A stretch of 53,763 bases of DNA from an uncultured Candidatus Saccharibacteria bacterium. GTDB lineage: Bacteria; Patescibacteriota; Minisyncoccia; Minisyncoccales; Staskawiczbacteraceae. The notes below the pieces were generated by a model. It saw only the letters and a list, made by a program, of their open reading frames with translations. It was not told where the DNA came from and searched no databases. Positions 18,186 to 28,658 of this stretch are shown here, in pieces (position 1 is the stretch's first letter; each line of letters opens with the position of its first letter). The position numbers and the translations under genes were made by a program. The stretch is from assembly GCA_964424305.1 (NCBI GenBank), contig CAYRHW010000007.1:1-53763 (forward strand). Direction: 5' to 3'.

Positions 18186-19588
18186 TGTTTTAAGCGCCTT
18201 ACAACTTGAATAAATTGATCTCCCCTATCAAATTCGTTTTTAAAGATATTAAAACTTGCTGCTGCGGGAGAAAGCAACACTATATCGCCATTATGAGCCT
18301 GTACCGAAGCGGCCTTCACGGCCTCTTGCATTGATTCCACTGGAATTATCTCAATGGTTGATTTAATTACCGCCAATTCCTTTCTCATTTTTTCTGATGC
18401 TGTCCCCGGTAATAGTATGATCTTCTTTACTTTAGCGACGATCTCGCTGACCAAATCTTTGTATTCCAACTTTTTATCTTGCCCACCCGCAATTAAAATA
18501 ATGCCTGCCTGTGGAAATTCCTCTTTCATGGTTCGTAGAGCATGGATTACGGCATCGGGCATTGTGGCGGTTGTGTCATTAACATATCTTACTCCCCTCT
18601 TTTGAGCAATTAATTGCTGCCTATTCACTATCCCTCCGAATTTTATGACTGCTTTTCTTATAATATTATTTGGGACATTTAATACCTTCGCGACGGTGAC
18701 TGCTGCCATAAGATTTAAAACATTATTCGTCCCAAACAACTTGAAATCTTTCATATTAAAAATAGGATCAATTTCTGCCCCAAATAGAACCCTCCCATCC
18801 TCTATAAAACAACCACACCTATCCCCCACTCTTCGCAGATGGAACTCATTGGAAAAAAAATAAACTTTTGATTGGGCGCTTCGCGCAAGGTCTCGTGTTT
18901 GGGGATTTTCGTAGTTCAAAACCAAATAATCATTGGGATTTTGATATTTGAAAATCAACTTCTTTGATTCTATGTATTTCTCATAGGAGTCATATCTATC
19001 TAGATGATCGGGATAGATTGCGGTGACGACAGCTATCTGGGGACTTTTTGTAATATCGTCTAATTCAAAGCTAGATAACTCTAGTATTACTCTTGTCCAG
19101 TTATTTATTTTACCCAAAAACTCAAGAGGAGAAACGCCGATGTTCCCAGCCAAAATAACATTCCTATTCTTACGCCTTAAAATCTCATAAATAATCGTAG
19201 CGGTCGTTGATTTTCCTTTAGTGCCAGTCACTCCAATAATCGGCGCCTTGCACAATTTGAAAAACAGGTTTATATCCGTTTCTATCGGGACATTATTTTG
19301 TCTAGCAACTTCCAGATATCTAGAAGTAGGTGGAACTGCTGGGTTTTTAATTAATAAGTCTGTGTTAATAAAATCCTCCTCTTTGTGTTCCCCCAAAGTA
19401 TATCTAATCTTAAATCTCCTAAGCTTTTTTAAAGATTTCTCCAGTTGCTTTCTCGTTTTCAAATCCGTGACCAAAACCTCCGCGCCTTGCTCGCAGAAAA
19501 ATTTAGCGACCCCGACACCACCACCGTTCAGGCCAAGACCCATAATAGTAACTCTTTTGTTTGGAAATAGTTTTTCCTTTTTAAACAT
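18182..19588 (-). CDS. murD: UDP-MurNAc-L-Ala--D-Glu ligase
   Basis: GLGLNGGG, GTKGKSTT, GNIG, ELSSF, DHLDRY, SPAAASF. Confidence 0.97.
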   Translation of the reverse strand: MFKKEKLFPNKRVTIMGLGLNGGGVGVAKFFCEQGAEVLVTDLKTRKQLEKSLKKLRRFKIRYTLGEHKEEDFINTDLLIKNPAVPPTSRYLEVARQNNVPIETDINLFFKLCKAPIIGVTGTKGKSTTATIIYEILRRKNRNVILAGNIGVSPLEFLGKINNWTRVILELSSFELDDITKSPQIAVVTAIYPDHLDRYDSYEKYIESKKLIFKYQNPNDYLVLNYENPQTRDLARSAQSKVYFFSNEFHLRRVGDRCGCFIEDGRVLFGAEIDPIFNMKDFKLFGTNNVLNLMAAVTVAKVLNVPNNIIRKAVIKFGGIVNRQQLIAQKRGVRYVNDTTATMPDAVIHALRTMKEEFPQAGIILIAGGQDKKLEYKDLVSEIVAKVKKIILLPGTASEKMRKELAVIKSTIEIIPVESMQEAVKAASVQAHNGDIVLLSPAAASFNIFKNEFDRGDQFIQVVRRLKQ

Positions 19589-19592
19589 AGAA

Positions 19593-20390
19593 TCAATTGT
19601 TAAACGGATCAATAATTTTGGGCTTTATTTTTTTATTGAAGCAGAGCCGGCTTATTTTTCCGAAATTATACGGCTCATCAGAAAAATAAAACTTATGATC
19701 AAACCCTTTTTTAATCCTTTCCCCTATTTTTGTATTTTCTTCTAGATACTTTTTCAAATCTTTGATTATTGCTTTTGCCGGATTAATAACACGCACTTTA
19801 TCACCTACTGTTTTCTTGATTAAATTTTCTAGCAAAGGATAGTGGGTACAACCCAATATTAAGGTGTCTATGTCCTTCCCCTTCAGACTCCTCAAATATC
19901 TTTCCAACACCTCCTCTGTTATTTTCCCCTCGGTCCAACCTTCTTCAACCAATGGCACCAATAAGGGGCAACTTTCCGAAAATATTCTCAATCCCTTGTT
20001 TATCTTTAGAAGCTTTTTATTATAAACTCCGCTTTTTATTGTTCCAGGGGTGCCAATAATCCCAATCTTTTTATTCTTGGTTGCTAAAAAGGCCTCCTTC
20101 GCCGCAGGAGCTATCATCTCAAAAATGGGAACACCCTTAAATTCCTCTTTTAGGGAGTCTGCTGCCCACGCAGAAGATGTATTACAAGCAACAACAATGA
20201 CCCTAGCCCCCTTTTTTAGAAGCCACTTTGTTATCTTCCCGGAATACCTTTTAACAAAATCGGCACCCTTGGTGCCATAGGGAAGTCTTGCCGTATCACC
20301 AAAATATATTATTTGATGCCCTGGTAGATATTTAAAAATTTCCTTTACAACCGTTAATCCACCAACGCCAGAATCGAATACGCCTATCAT
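19593..20390 (-). CDS. murI: Glutamate racemase
   Basis: MIGVFDSGVGGL, ACNT, LGCTHYP; start corrected to 20390. Confidence 0.98.
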   Translation of the reverse strand: MIGVFDSGVGGLTVVKEIFKYLPGHQIIYFGDTARLPYGTKGADFVKRYSGKITKWLLKKGARVIVVACNTSSAWAADSLKEEFKGVPIFEMIAPAAKEAFLATKNKKIGIIGTPGTIKSGVYNKKLLKINKGLRIFSESCPLLVPLVEEGWTEGKITEEVLERYLRSLKGKDIDTLILGCTHYPLLENLIKKTVGDKVRVINPAKAIIKDLKKYLEENTKIGERIKKGFDHKFYFSDEPYNFGKISRLCFNKKIKPKIIDPFNN

Positions 20391-20476
20391 ATTTTTCTTC
20401 AGTATAGCAAAAACTAACCCACAGTTAAAGACGTCTTTTAGAGAGAGATATATAAGTAAATGGCTTCCTTGTTTAA

Positions 20477-21577
20477 TCACCCAAGTAGCCTTACCGCGAC
20501 CCCGATTACTGCTAATACAATTCCAATGATCCAAAACCTCATCGTCACCTTATAGGCTGGCCATCCAATTGCTTCAAAATGATGATGAATCGGCGTGGAA
20601 AGCCATATCTTCTTTTTCCTAATCTTTTTCGATAGTAGTTGCAAAATAACAGAGCCAGATTCCATTACGAGCAAACCAGCGATTATTGGTAAAACGAAAA
20701 GTGAATCAGTTAAAAAAGCCACAACACCCATTGTCATTGTTAACCCCAACATCCCAGTCTCGCCCATATAGAATCTGGCGGGTGGAATATTAAACCATAA
20801 AAATGCCAATATCGAGCCAAATATGACTGCGCAGAAAGCTGCTAAATCGTCTTTTCCCTGAGATAGGGCGATTACCGTAAATGCTCCGAATATGGACAAA
20901 AAGGCCCCGCCAGCTAAGCCATCTAACCCATCAATTACCCCGCCCGACCAACAAGCCAACATTACGATGATAAATAGTGGTATATACCACAATCCAATAA
21001 TAAAATGTCCTACAAGGGGGATATAAATTGTATTCCACCCTAGTTTATAATAAAACCACAAACCACCAATCAGGCCTATTAAAACAACCACGATAAACCT
21101 TCTTTTGAAAGACATTCCTCCCCCAATATATGAACCCTTTAATTCCAGTGTCTTTTGTTTTAAAAATTTAAAAGAAGATCCGAAAACAACTAAAATATCA
21201 TCTAACAATCCAACCACAGAAGCAGCGACTAGGGTAAATAATGGAAGCCAGGTTTGACCTCTAGATAAAAAATTATAATTTCCGAACCAGAATCCATCGA
21301 AGATTAAACCAAGGACATAAAAAATGAAAATTATGACAACCGTAGTAACCCATATTAACAATCCCCCGAATCTTGGAACAGTCACTTCCCTGTCCTTATG
21401 CAAACTATTAAATATCGGAGCATCTTCCCCGCTTATGGCTTTCCGCCTAGCTTCCTTCTTCCATAATTTATTTTTATATAAATAACGCGTTAAGGCCGGA
21501 CACCATAGAACCGCCAACACCAATGAAACCGCGGCTAAGCTGAAAATTTTGAATACGTTAAAGGTGAATAATGTCAT
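20477..21577 (-). CDS. mraY: Phospho-MurNAc-pentapeptide transferase
   Basis: GLLDD, DGLDGLA, FNIPPARFYMGETG, PIHHHFE. Confidence 0.97.
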   Translation of the reverse strand: MTLFTFNVFKIFSLAAVSLVLAVLWCPALTRYLYKNKLWKKEARRKAISGEDAPIFNSLHKDREVTVPRFGGLLIWVTTVVIIFIFYVLGLIFDGFWFGNYNFLSRGQTWLPLFTLVAASVVGLLDDILVVFGSSFKFLKQKTLELKGSYIGGGMSFKRRFIVVVLIGLIGGLWFYYKLGWNTIYIPLVGHFIIGLWYIPLFIIVMLACWSGGVIDGLDGLAGGAFLSIFGAFTVIALSQGKDDLAAFCAVIFGSILAFLWFNIPPARFYMGETGMLGLTMTMGVVAFLTDSLFVLPIIAGLLVMESGSVILQLLSKKIRKKKIWLSTPIHHHFEAIGWPAYKVTMRFWIIGIVLAVIGVAVRLLG

Positions 21578-21582
21578 GCTAA

Positions 21583-22548
21583 TTACTGCTTATAGGCTGT
21601 TTCCACCCAATTAATTAGACTGCGCATTTCGCCGAATCTATCAGTGGATCCAAGTATAATATAAATTAAATTATCCTGATTTTGTTGATTTTTTATAATC
21701 AACAATAAACATCCCTTAGCCTCCAGAGTTTGACCAGTTTTTCCTCCCACAATATTTGGGATTTCCCCTATAAGTTCATTTGTATTCGTGGCTACGTGGT
21801 GCACCTTTCCTTCAGGAGTTAAAACCTTATAGCTTCCTTGTGAAAGGATTCCCCAAATCTCCGGATGATTATCTAAAATATATTTAGTAAGTTTTACTAA
21901 ATCTTGAACCGTAGAATAATTATCGGCATCGAGCCCCGCTGGATCTTTAAAGTTTGTGTCCAAAAGACCAAGTTCATTCGCCCTAAGGTTCATTAATTTA
22001 ACAAATTCCTCTGTTCCCATAACTTCGGACAACGAATAGATGGCATCGTTGCTGGATTCGATCAACGCGATATGGAGTAAACTATCTAATGACAAAAACT
22101 CTCCTTCGGTTAAGGAGCCCTGAGTACCAGATTTATCCACCGCCTCTTTGCTGATGATGGTAATTTTCTGTAAATCGTAATTTTCCAGGACGATTAAAGC
22201 CGACATTAATTTTGACAAACTGGCAACTGGTAATTTTTCTTTATCATTCTCGCGAAAAAGAATTCTGTCATTTCTGTTATTCGAGACCTCTACGCAGATT
22301 GCTGCCTTTGCAGCAAGCTGATAGTCTGGAACCATCCAATCACGCGCTGGTTTTAAATTTTGTGGTATTTCCGTGGGTTGAGCTGATGTCTGACTGCTAT
22401 CCAATAAACTAGCTTGAAGGCGATTCCCGCTAAAAACAATACTCCTTAACTCTTGTCCAGTTTTACTAATCGTTATCCATAAAACCAGGCCCACAAGTGT
22501 GGCGATAAGTATGCAAACTAATATTTTCTTGAGTAGCCTTGTGTTCAC
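21583..22548 (-). CDS. D-Ala-D-Ala carboxypeptidase (peptidase S11)
   Basis: SLSK (SxxK), SSN, KTG motifs; N-terminal TM. Confidence 0.93.
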   Translation of the reverse strand: MNTRLLKKILVCILIATLVGLVLWITISKTGQELRSIVFSGNRLQASLLDSSQTSAQPTEIPQNLKPARDWMVPDYQLAAKAAICVEVSNNRNDRILFRENDKEKLPVASLSKLMSALIVLENYDLQKITIISKEAVDKSGTQGSLTEGEFLSLDSLLHIALIESSNDAIYSLSEVMGTEEFVKLMNLRANELGLLDTNFKDPAGLDADNYSTVQDLVKLTKYILDNHPEIWGILSQGSYKVLTPEGKVHHVATNTNELIGEIPNIVGGKTGQTLEAKGCLLLIIKNQQNQDNLIYIILGSTDRFGEMRSLINWVETAYKQ

Positions 22549-23987
22549 TTTGTTTTAATTATCTTTTTCTTTTTTGTTTTAACTATCTTGCCCGTCTCTT
22601 TTGCTATGCCGATCCCCAACTCTTTTAACTGCTTGGCCGAGATAATATCGGGGCTACCCATCATTAGGTCTCGGCCTTCTCCCGTTTTCGGGAAAGCAAT
22701 TACCTCACGAATATTTGGCTCATTTTGAAGGATCATAACAACACGATCTATCCCCGGGGCAAATCCTCCATGGGGAGGAGCCCCATAGGTAAACGCCTCG
22801 AGCATATGTCCGAACCTTCTCTCTTGATCTACCTTTGAAATATTTAAAATCTCAAACACCTTTTGTTGAACATCTCTTTCGTGTATACGGATGCTTCCAG
22901 AACTCAGCTCATATCCATTTAAAACCAAGTCGTAACTTTGCGCTCGTATTGAGAAGATATCCTCTCCCCTCATAAATTTATCCTTATCCTCATCATTTAT
23001 TAAACAGAATGGATGGTGAGCAGCTTGCACGTTCCCCTCTTCGTCTTTTTCAAACATTGGGAAATCAAGCACCCAGACAAAAGCAAGCTCGTTTGGGTTG
23101 TCTTTGTCTTTCCGAATATCTGGTTTATCATTCCCATATTTCTCCATCGACTGCTTGTATGTCATACGAGGAAATGGTATTTCCGTGAAGCTCTTCTCGG
23201 GATACAAAGTTTTTACTAATTCAATAAACATAGCTTCTGTATATTGCAAAATTTCCTCCTGCGTTACAAATGACATTTCGAAATCAAGTTGAGTAAATTC
23301 CGGCTGACGATCTCCGCGCAGGTCCTCATCTCTCATGCAGCGAGCTATTTGGAAATATCGCTCAAAACCAGCCACCATTGAAAGTTGCTTAAACTGCTGT
23401 GGAGATTGAGGAAGTGCGTAGAACTTTCCGTTCTCAAGTCTTGATGGAACCACATATTCCCGCGACCCTTCTGGCGTTCCCTTCATAAGCATCGGAGTTT
23501 CTATCTCCACAAAATTATTTCTATGCATATATCCTCGGAAAAAAGAGATGACAGCATCTCTCGCTCGTATATTCTTCTGGAGCCGCTCGCGTCGTAAGTC
23601 TAAATAGCGATATTTTAATCGTATTTCCTCGTTTACCTCATAGCCAGTTGTCCCGATATCGAAGGGGACAGTTTTCGCTTCGGCTAGAATCTCTAAATTC
23701 TTTGCGGCCAGCTCAACCTTACCAGTTACTATTTTCTCGTTGACCATCTTTTCCGGCCTGGCAACAACATCCCCCGTGATAGAAACTACCCATTCTGGTC
23801 TCACATTTTTTACCTTTTCGTAAATACCAGTTTCTTGTGGCAAAAAAACTACCTGTAGTAGTCCGGTGCGATCCCGTAGATCGATGAATAAGATTTTACC
23901 GTGTGCTCTAACGACGTTGACCCAACCCGAAACCGTTACTGTTTGCCCAACAAAGTTTGTAGTCTCTGAGATTAAGGTTCTCTTCAT
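22545..23987 (-). CDS. aspS: Aspartate--tRNA ligase (short bacterial type)
   Basis: RLKYRYLDLRR, LPQSPQQFKQ, DRQPEFTQ, GAPPHGG; 480 aa. Confidence 0.97.
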   Translation of the reverse strand: MKRTLISETTNFVGQTVTVSGWVNVVRAHGKILFIDLRDRTGLLQVVFLPQETGIYEKVKNVRPEWVVSITGDVVARPEKMVNEKIVTGKVELAAKNLEILAEAKTVPFDIGTTGYEVNEEIRLKYRYLDLRRERLQKNIRARDAVISFFRGYMHRNNFVEIETPMLMKGTPEGSREYVVPSRLENGKFYALPQSPQQFKQLSMVAGFERYFQIARCMRDEDLRGDRQPEFTQLDFEMSFVTQEEILQYTEAMFIELVKTLYPEKSFTEIPFPRMTYKQSMEKYGNDKPDIRKDKDNPNELAFVWVLDFPMFEKDEEGNVQAAHHPFCLINDEDKDKFMRGEDIFSIRAQSYDLVLNGYELSSGSIRIHERDVQQKVFEILNISKVDQERRFGHMLEAFTYGAPPHGGFAPGIDRVVMILQNEPNIREVIAFPKTGEGRDLMMGSPDIISAKQLKELGIGIAKETGKIVKTKKKKIIKTK

Positions 23988-23991
23988 GTTT

Positions 23992-25200
23992 TTACTTTTT
24001 TATTCTTATGAATTTTCTGCCCGAACGAATTACCATTTGATCCTTCGTCTCTATTTCTTCCCGCCAATCCTGAACCTTTCTTTTTTCCTCCCCCATCTGT
24101 ACTTCTACCCCGCCACCAGTTACCAACCTTTGAGCCTCACCTTTTGAAGTGGCCAATCCCGCGTCTAACAATAAATCCGTAATTTTGTATTTATCTTTTT
24201 TCACATTAAAAACAGCAACATCCGTTGGTAACCCTTTGTCCCGGAAAACCTTATCGAACTCTTCCCCAGCTTTCCTTGCCTCTTTCTCACCATGGAATAT
24301 CTTAACAATTTCAAAGGATAGCCTGGCTTTCGCGTCTCTTGGATTTCCGGCAACTATCTTTTTAATCTCATCCAGCGATAGATATGTGTTGTTAGTAAAC
24401 AAAATCTCTACCATTTCGTCTGGCTGAGCCATAATCTGAGCATACATTTCGTTCGGTTTTACATTCAAGAAAACCCCAGTTCCTTTGCTCTTCGACATAA
24501 GCTCACCTGTTTTCGGATTTTCCATCAGTGTTACTGTCACAACAAACTTGTTCTTATTCTTAATCTTTTGAAGTAAATCTCTTCCAACTAAAGCATTGAA
24601 GGTTTGATCAGTCCCGCAAACCTCAACATCCACATCCATTACTACGGAATCGTAGCCCTGCATCAGTGGATACAAAAATTCTTGCAATGAGATTGTTTTT
24701 CCCTCCTTCAGCCTTTTTTGGAACATGTCCCTCTCGAGCATCCTCGGAACCGTAACCTTACTAGCCAAGCTTAATAAATCCTCCATTTTTAGCTTTGATA
24801 GCCAATCATTGTTGTACTTTATCTTCGGTGGATTTCTCAAATCCCCAAAATTCATCAAAGGTTTTATCAATCGCTTCCATATTTTAACATTGCTCACAAC
24901 ATCCTGGCGCGATAACTGCTTTCTGGTAGAGGTTTCTCCTGTTGGATCTCCAATTCTTGCCGTAAAATCACCGAAAAGAATAATCACTTCGTGTCCAAGC
25001 TTTCTGAACTTCTCCATCAACATAATATTCTTCGCGTGACTTAAATGCAAAGTCGGCGAAGTTGCGTCAAACCCGATATATAGCCTGAGCTTTTTCCCAC
25101 TTAGCAGTTGCTCGCGAAATTGCTCTTTCGTAGGCAAAATTTCTACGATTGTGCCTCGATTTAAAATTTCGTCTATTTTTTGTGGGTCTGTATTTATCAT
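23992..25200 (-). CDS. tyrS: Tyrosine--tRNA ligase
   Basis: GFDATSPTLHLSH, YPLMQGYD, GTDQ, LMSKS, C-terminal S4 domain. Confidence 0.97.
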   Translation of the reverse strand: MINTDPQKIDEILNRGTIVEILPTKEQFREQLLSGKKLRLYIGFDATSPTLHLSHAKNIMLMEKFRKLGHEVIILFGDFTARIGDPTGETSTRKQLSRQDVVSNVKIWKRLIKPLMNFGDLRNPPKIKYNNDWLSKLKMEDLLSLASKVTVPRMLERDMFQKRLKEGKTISLQEFLYPLMQGYDSVVMDVDVEVCGTDQTFNALVGRDLLQKIKNKNKFVVTVTLMENPKTGELMSKSKGTGVFLNVKPNEMYAQIMAQPDEMVEILFTNNTYLSLDEIKKIVAGNPRDAKARLSFEIVKIFHGEKEARKAGEEFDKVFRDKGLPTDVAVFNVKKDKYKITDLLLDAGLATSKGEAQRLVTGGGVEVQMGEEKRKVQDWREEIETKDQMVIRSGRKFIRIKK

Positions 25201-25316
25201 ATAAATTATTTTATTATACCCGTTCTATAAAAAATTGGAAGCACTGATTTTGTGAGGAACCCGGACATGCAAAAACTACGCCCTAGCGTAGTTTTTAATA
25301 TCTAAAATTAATTTTA

Positions 25317-25475
25317 CTAGCTTAATGATCCATCGTCATCATCATCGGCCGGATCGATGGGCACCTCTTTCCCCTCTTTAATTGTCTCCTGTGATTCTCC
25401 TTTCTTAACACCGATTATATAGATGGCGACGGCAAGAACAAGAACTAACGTTAAAATTATAAATAGAATACTCAT
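25317..25475 (-). CDS. Small single-TM protein with acidic tail (52 aa, not in the ORF track)
   Basis: MSILFIILTLVLVLAVAIYIIGVKKGESQETIKEGKEVPIDPADDDDDGSLS; TGGTATAAT upstream, terminator at about 25272-25297 downstream. Confidence 0.7.
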   Translation of the reverse strand: MSILFIILTLVLVLAVAIYIIGVKKGESQETIKEGKEVPIDPADDDDDGSLS

Positions 25476-25528
25476 AATTTAATTTTGTTATTTTACTTAG
25501 CCTATCTATATTATACCACCAAATAAAC

Positions 25529-26836
25529 TTAAAGCTCTCTATTTATATTATAGATATCCCCAGCCCCCATTAATAGCAAAACGTTCCCCTCCTCGAGCCT
25601 CTTATACAAAAACTGTTTTATCTTGTTTTTAGATAAAAATGAAACATTCTCCCTATTTATTGCATCAACCAATTTTTTTGAAGTTACTTTCTTTTTAATG
25701 GCTGCCTTCTCTCTCCCGGCCACACTGTAAATATCGGTAATTGCAATCTGGTCGATTTGAGCCTTTCTAAAAGTTTCTACAAAATCATCAAAAAGATTAA
25801 AAGTTCTTTGATATTGGTGTGGCTGAAAAACACACCAAATTTTCTTATTTGGAAACTTCTCTCTGACTGCTTTTAAGGTCACCCGCACCTCAGTGGGATG
25901 ATGCCCATAGTCGTTAATTAAAGTTATATTCTTTCCATTAATATTCTTCTGACTTTCGTCAAATCTTCTCCACACGCCGCCATATTCTGAAAGAGATTTG
26001 TATGCATTATCATCTGGAATATTTAAAATTCTCGAAACGGCCAATGCCGCCAGGGCGTTGGAAACATTGTGCTCACCAGGCACCTTTAGTAGGTTTTTTA
26101 TTATTTTGGCCTCATCTTGCTCTAGGGAATAGCCTTTGACCTGATATTTTTCCTTGCCTAAAATTTTAAGGTTATTATCAATATCCTTATTCACCACTAA
26201 AATTCCTTCGGCGGGCAAATGCCCAACATACTCTCTAAATGTTTTCAGAATATGGTCTAGGTCTTTATAGTAATCCAAATGTTCTCTCTCGATGTTTGTC
26301 AAAACAATTATTTTGGGCCAATAATTCAAAAATGAAGCCTTCCATTCATCGGCCTCGATAACAAGGTATTTACTTTTCCCCAATCTAAAATTTGTATTAC
26401 CAAATTCCTTAATTTTAGTACCTATGATCACACTTGGATCCAACCCTGCTTTGGTTAGAATTAGGGAGATCATCGCGGTTGTTGTGCTCTTGCCGTGGGC
26501 ACCGGAGACGGCAATTGTAAAATATTCTTTTGTTAACTCCCCAAGTGCCTCCGGATAACTTACACATTTAATCCCTAACTTTCTTGCCTCCTTAAATTCT
26601 GGATTATTTTGCTCCACTGCCGGGCTGAATATAACTAAATCTGCATCTTTGGTTACATTCTTTGGGTTATGTTTTCCAATAATGACTTTTGCCCCTTTGC
26701 TACCCAATAATTCAATGATCTCCGAAGAAACTAAGTCAGACCCAGAAACCTCAGCACCTTTCGCTAAATAGTATTGCGCCAACGCGCTAACCCCTATTCC
26801 ACCGATTCCAATAAAATATACTTTATTTTCCTTCAT
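25529..26836 (-). CDS. murC: UDP-MurNAc--L-Ala ligase
   Basis: GIGGIGVS, GAHGKSTT, EADE, DYGHHPTE, FQPH. Confidence 0.98.
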   Translation of the reverse strand: MKENKVYFIGIGGIGVSALAQYYLAKGAEVSGSDLVSSEIIELLGSKGAKVIIGKHNPKNVTKDADLVIFSPAVEQNNPEFKEARKLGIKCVSYPEALGELTKEYFTIAVSGAHGKSTTTAMISLILTKAGLDPSVIIGTKIKEFGNTNFRLGKSKYLVIEADEWKASFLNYWPKIIVLTNIEREHLDYYKDLDHILKTFREYVGHLPAEGILVVNKDIDNNLKILGKEKYQVKGYSLEQDEAKIIKNLLKVPGEHNVSNALAALAVSRILNIPDDNAYKSLSEYGGVWRRFDESQKNINGKNITLINDYGHHPTEVRVTLKAVREKFPNKKIWCVFQPHQYQRTFNLFDDFVETFRKAQIDQIAITDIYSVAGREKAAIKKKVTSKKLVDAINRENVSFLSKNKIKQFLYKRLEEGNVLLLMGAGDIYNINREL

Positions 26837-27509
26837 GTCTTATTTTATTATTTTTCATTGCTTCAATATATTTTCTGTGTATTTCGGGACTAGTCCTTTT
26901 CACAAAATCTGACCATACTCTTCCCTGTTCCATTTCGCTTCGCCAGTTGTCTGCCGACAAAGTCGGCGAAGAAAACAACATTTCATCACTTTCTCTTACT
27001 TCATCTGGCAGTGTAGATAAATCGAGCTTTTCCCTTTTCCCCACGAAAGCCTCGGCCGCTGTTTTTGGTATTCCGAAAGCACGGCCTATGGCCTCATTAT
27101 CCCCAGCTTCTATGGCTCGCATTAATGTATCGAGCCCCTCCGCGCTTCTCGCAATAAAAAATTTCTGAACAGCCAAGCTGGCCTTAAACTTTCTGCCGGG
27201 TTTATCCTTATCATCCTGCCAATCTTCCACGACTTCTCTTTTATTGACCTTGTATGCTAATCCAGTCCCCTCGATCAATGCATGGTGTTCGTTCACCCTA
27301 TCTTCCGAGACAACATCGAAGTTTTCAAACCTGCCTCGGCCAACTGTAAGATCCAATTCAGAGGCTGGCTTTAATCCCCCCAATGTAAGGATCAAATTTA
27401 CTTTATCATCAGCCTTAAAGTCTGATTTTTCAATCTCTTCTATTAATTCAGGGGAAATCTCTTGCTCAACTAATGGCTCCCCTTGATCCCCCATTGGCTC
27501 TTTCTCCAT
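26823..27509 (-). CDS. Hypothetical protein
   Basis: 228-aa ORF co-oriented with and overlapping murC start; GLKP and IGRAFGIP motifs. Confidence 0.75.
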   Translation of the reverse strand: MEKEPMGDQGEPLVEQEISPELIEEIEKSDFKADDKVNLILTLGGLKPASELDLTVGRGRFENFDVVSEDRVNEHHALIEGTGLAYKVNKREVVEDWQDDKDKPGRKFKASLAVQKFFIARSAEGLDTLMRAIEAGDNEAIGRAFGIPKTAAEAFVGKREKLDLSTLPDEVRESDEMLFSSPTLSADNWRSEMEQGRVWSDFVKRTSPEIHRKYIEAMKNNKIRHEGK

Positions 27510-27513
27510 AGTA

Positions 27514-28104
27514 TTAATTTAATTTATAGCTTTCTAAAATTTTGTACTCTGGACCAGTTTTCTTCAAAATACTTTCCATTAATTCAACTGATCCAACCTC
27601 AAAAGAATGTTCTATACTCTCTTCCACTTCGGGTCTTTCTTCGGGTTCAATTCTCCGCCATTCTAACTCCTTAATTCTTGCTAGGGTGATATGAGGAATA
27701 ATTTCTCGGTTCTCGGCCCTAATCTTCACCCCCGATAGATTTGCCAATGTTTTACAAAGATTGTCGCACAATGTGATAAACTCTTTGTTGCTTTCTCCGC
27801 TCGCCCAAATCATTCTCGGAATGCTATTCACTTTAATCCCCCCCTTCCCCAAATTAGAAAAATTGTAGCCAATACTTTTTACCCCGATATTAAATCGTTT
27901 GTAACCTTTTGTAGCCCTTTCAATTGTTTTATGAAGCAGCGGTAAGTTATTATCATCGGCATCTCCGATAAAGACCGCGGTAATGTGTAAATTCTCTCTG
28001 GGAACCCATTTTGCTGGCACATCTTGATGATTATTCTGATAATCTAACAATGTTTCCTTAATATCCTCGGGAAGATTTATCGCAATAAAAATTCTATGCT
28101 TCAT
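27514..28104 (-). CDS. thpR: RNA 2',3'-cyclic phosphodiesterase (2H family)
   Basis: RIFIAI, NLHIT and PHITLAR motifs. Confidence 0.93.
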   Translation of the reverse strand: MKHRIFIAINLPEDIKETLLDYQNNHQDVPAKWVPRENLHITAVFIGDADDNNLPLLHKTIERATKGYKRFNIGVKSIGYNFSNLGKGGIKVNSIPRMIWASGESNKEFITLCDNLCKTLANLSGVKIRAENREIIPHITLARIKELEWRRIEPEERPEVEESIEHSFEVGSVELMESILKKTGPEYKILESYKLN

Positions 28105-28235
28105 ATTAATTATCCTACCAAAAAATTCTAAGCTAAACAATAATTGACAAATCCAAATTAATACCGTAGAAATAAGATAGGACGTTCACATTTTCATATT
28201 TTCTAAATACTCAAAGATATCAGAATGGAGGTACC

Positions 28236-28613
28236 ATGAACGGTAACGATATTAAAAAGGGATCACTTGTAATCGTCATCGACAGAGAAAGCACACCGCC
28301 TCGCTTTTGCTGGGGTTTAGTGCTCACACGATTTCCAAGTGGTGACAATTACGATGTACAGACTGGGGAATCCCCGAAACAGAAAAACATTTTCTCAGGA
28401 GACAAATTAATCCTTGTTATCCAAACTGAAAAAAACTTCGCAAACCCACTTGAGGCGGTTGAACATTACAAAAACGATATTCTTCTCGAAATCACCCTCA
28501 TTGCTTTCACCAGCCGAGAGCTCGCCGAACTAAAGCGTCTAAAAACGCGGATAGAGCGGAAGCGCAGAAGCTGGCTTGCAAGAGGTGTATCAAGATTACT
28601 CCGCCGAGTTTAA
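28236..28613 (+). CDS. Hypothetical protein (SH3/KOW-like N-terminus, helical C-terminus)
   Basis: GGAGG SD, TTGACA upstream, terminator at about 28615-28637. Confidence 0.65.
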   Translation: MNGNDIKKGSLVIVIDRESTPPRFCWGLVLTRFPSGDNYDVQTGESPKQKNIFSGDKLILVIQTEKNFANPLEAVEHYKNDILLEITLIAFTSRELAELKRLKTRIERKRRSWLARGVSRLLRRV

Positions 28614-28658
28614 GGGCCCAACACGTTGGGCTTTTTTCATTAGAGTGATAATATATAG

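Noticed and set aside
19593-20534. Long N-terminal extensions in the ORF track for murI (also rmuC, purB, thpR, the nuclease and the HAD hydrolase)
   Set aside because: They overlap upstream genes, terminators or promoters; family-typical N-termini begin at downstream ATGs, which I used.
27761-27772. Partial match TTGTCGCACAAT to the 13-bp repeat (also GTCGCACAAT at 41149-41158)
   Set aside because: Both lie within coding sequence (thpR, prmC), lack the final AT and have no associated boundary; probably chance.
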